64,000 nt of DNA from Candidatus Cloacimonadota bacterium. GTDB taxonomy: Bacteria > Cloacimonadota > Cloacimonadia > JGIOTU-2. The notes under the pieces were generated by a model. That model was not told the DNA's origin, did not search any database, and worked only from the letters and a program-made list of their open reading frames with translations. A program made the translations under genes and the position numbers. The DNA lies in the NCBI GenBank assembly GCA_049903315.1, contig JBNGBT010000003.1, forward strand, positions 128,001 to 192,000, written 5' to 3'. Shown here piece by piece: positions 63,249 through 64,000 of this stretch. How positions within the stretch are numbered: position 1 is the stretch's first letter; each line of letters opens with the position of its first letter.

Positions 63249-64000
63249 TTAGTGTTCAAAATGAATAGTGAGAACAATCTTGTTTTTCTCTTTTTTGGAA
63301 GAGGTAGCATCAGCATCTTTTTTGATAAGGTAGCCGGCAAGTTCAGTAGCAGCGCTATCCTCTGTCATCAAACTTTCTTTTGAAGGTTTCCTTTCTGGGA
63401 AGACTAAAATCTTGCCCTGATATTCTATAGTAATGTCCAGGTTAAACTCATCAAAACTCACCTGCATACTAATTTCCTTTGAGGTTAATCCAAGATTTGG
63501 TGTACTCTCCATAAACTCATTCATTACGGTTATTGCTTTATAAATGATACTTGGACGCGCACCCCATGAACCCCCAGCTTTTTGCATAAATTTATAAATC
63601 TTGTCAGATGATTCCTGTCCAGCGGCAAGCATGAGTGTTAATTTCTTCTTTACGCCAATTCTCATGAGGAGATTGAGCACAACTGCGGTCACAGCTCCTA
63701 AAGATAAAGAGGATTGAAAAATAGGTTTGAGCCATGAATGAATGTTTACATAAGCAATAGGGATCATGTCAGCGCTGAGCCCGAAAATGAGAGCGATACC
63801 AACCACAAAGATCTTTCGGGAATCAAGCATTCTACTCATGATTATTTGAAAACCTGAGATTATCATGAAGCTTATTGCATAGATAAGTGTTGCACCCATA
63901 ACGGGTTTGGGCATTATGATAAATATGTTCGCAAGTTTTGGAAAGAATCCGAGAAATATAAGAATGCCGCCTGCGCTGTATGCAATTGTTCTACTCGTTG
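63249..64000 (-). CDS. NCS2 (xanthine/uracil permease) family transporter with C-terminal RsbW-like domain; 5' end outside the window
   Basis: Frame open to the window edge: TSRTIAYSAGGILIFLGFFPKLA...MPKPVMG, typical of NCS2; about 130 aa soluble C-terminal extension. Confidence 0.85.
   Translation of the reverse strand, partial: TSRTIAYSAGGILIFLGFFPKLANIFIIMPKPVMGATLIYAISFMIISGFQIIMSRMLDSRKIFVVGIALIFGLSADMIPIAYVNIHSWLKPIFQSSLSLGAVTAVVLNLLMRIGVKKKLTLMLAAGQESSDKIYKFMQKAGGSWGARPSIIYKAITVMNEFMESTPNLGLTSKEISMQVSFDEFNLDITIEYQGKILVFPERKPSKESLMTEDSAATELAGYLIKKDADATSSKKEKNKIVLTIHFEH

Overview
64 kb of a moderately AT-rich bacterial chromosome. Nearly all genes are on the minus strand. Two secreted proteins with NYPNPFNP/NPF-type C-terminal sorting domains and a C25 gingipain-like protease suggest an FCB-superphylum organism such as Cloacimonadota (inference). 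Left to right: (i) an acyl-AMP ligase facing a deacetylase + Pat-type acetyltransferase operon, then a C25 protease and RqcH; (ii) a housekeeping run (Usp, HD, TerB, TPR, LhgO-like, miaB, SpoIID, metG, gpmA, class I aldolase, SPFH); (iii) an AT-rich accessory island (Abi-like trio, radical SAM + membrane protein pair) whose gene junctions carry a diverged direct repeat, followed by catalase and a GNAT broken by one in-frame stop; (iv) two partner-switching clusters (three SpoIIE/PP2C sensors, two STAS, one RsbW) studded with solute-binding proteins that lack permeases, bracketing an acn-aclB-aclA-icd operon (ATP-citrate lyase); (v) a PPDK-derived protein whose pyruvate barrel is replaced by an unknown domain, an orphan HisKA_2 kinase, and an NCS2 permease whose C-terminus is a degenerate copy of the RsbW fold. 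No rRNA, tRNA, CRISPR array, integrase or transposase was recognised. All family calls come from motif recognition by eye, not database searches. Several start codons were moved from the ORF track to the best RBS-associated ATG.
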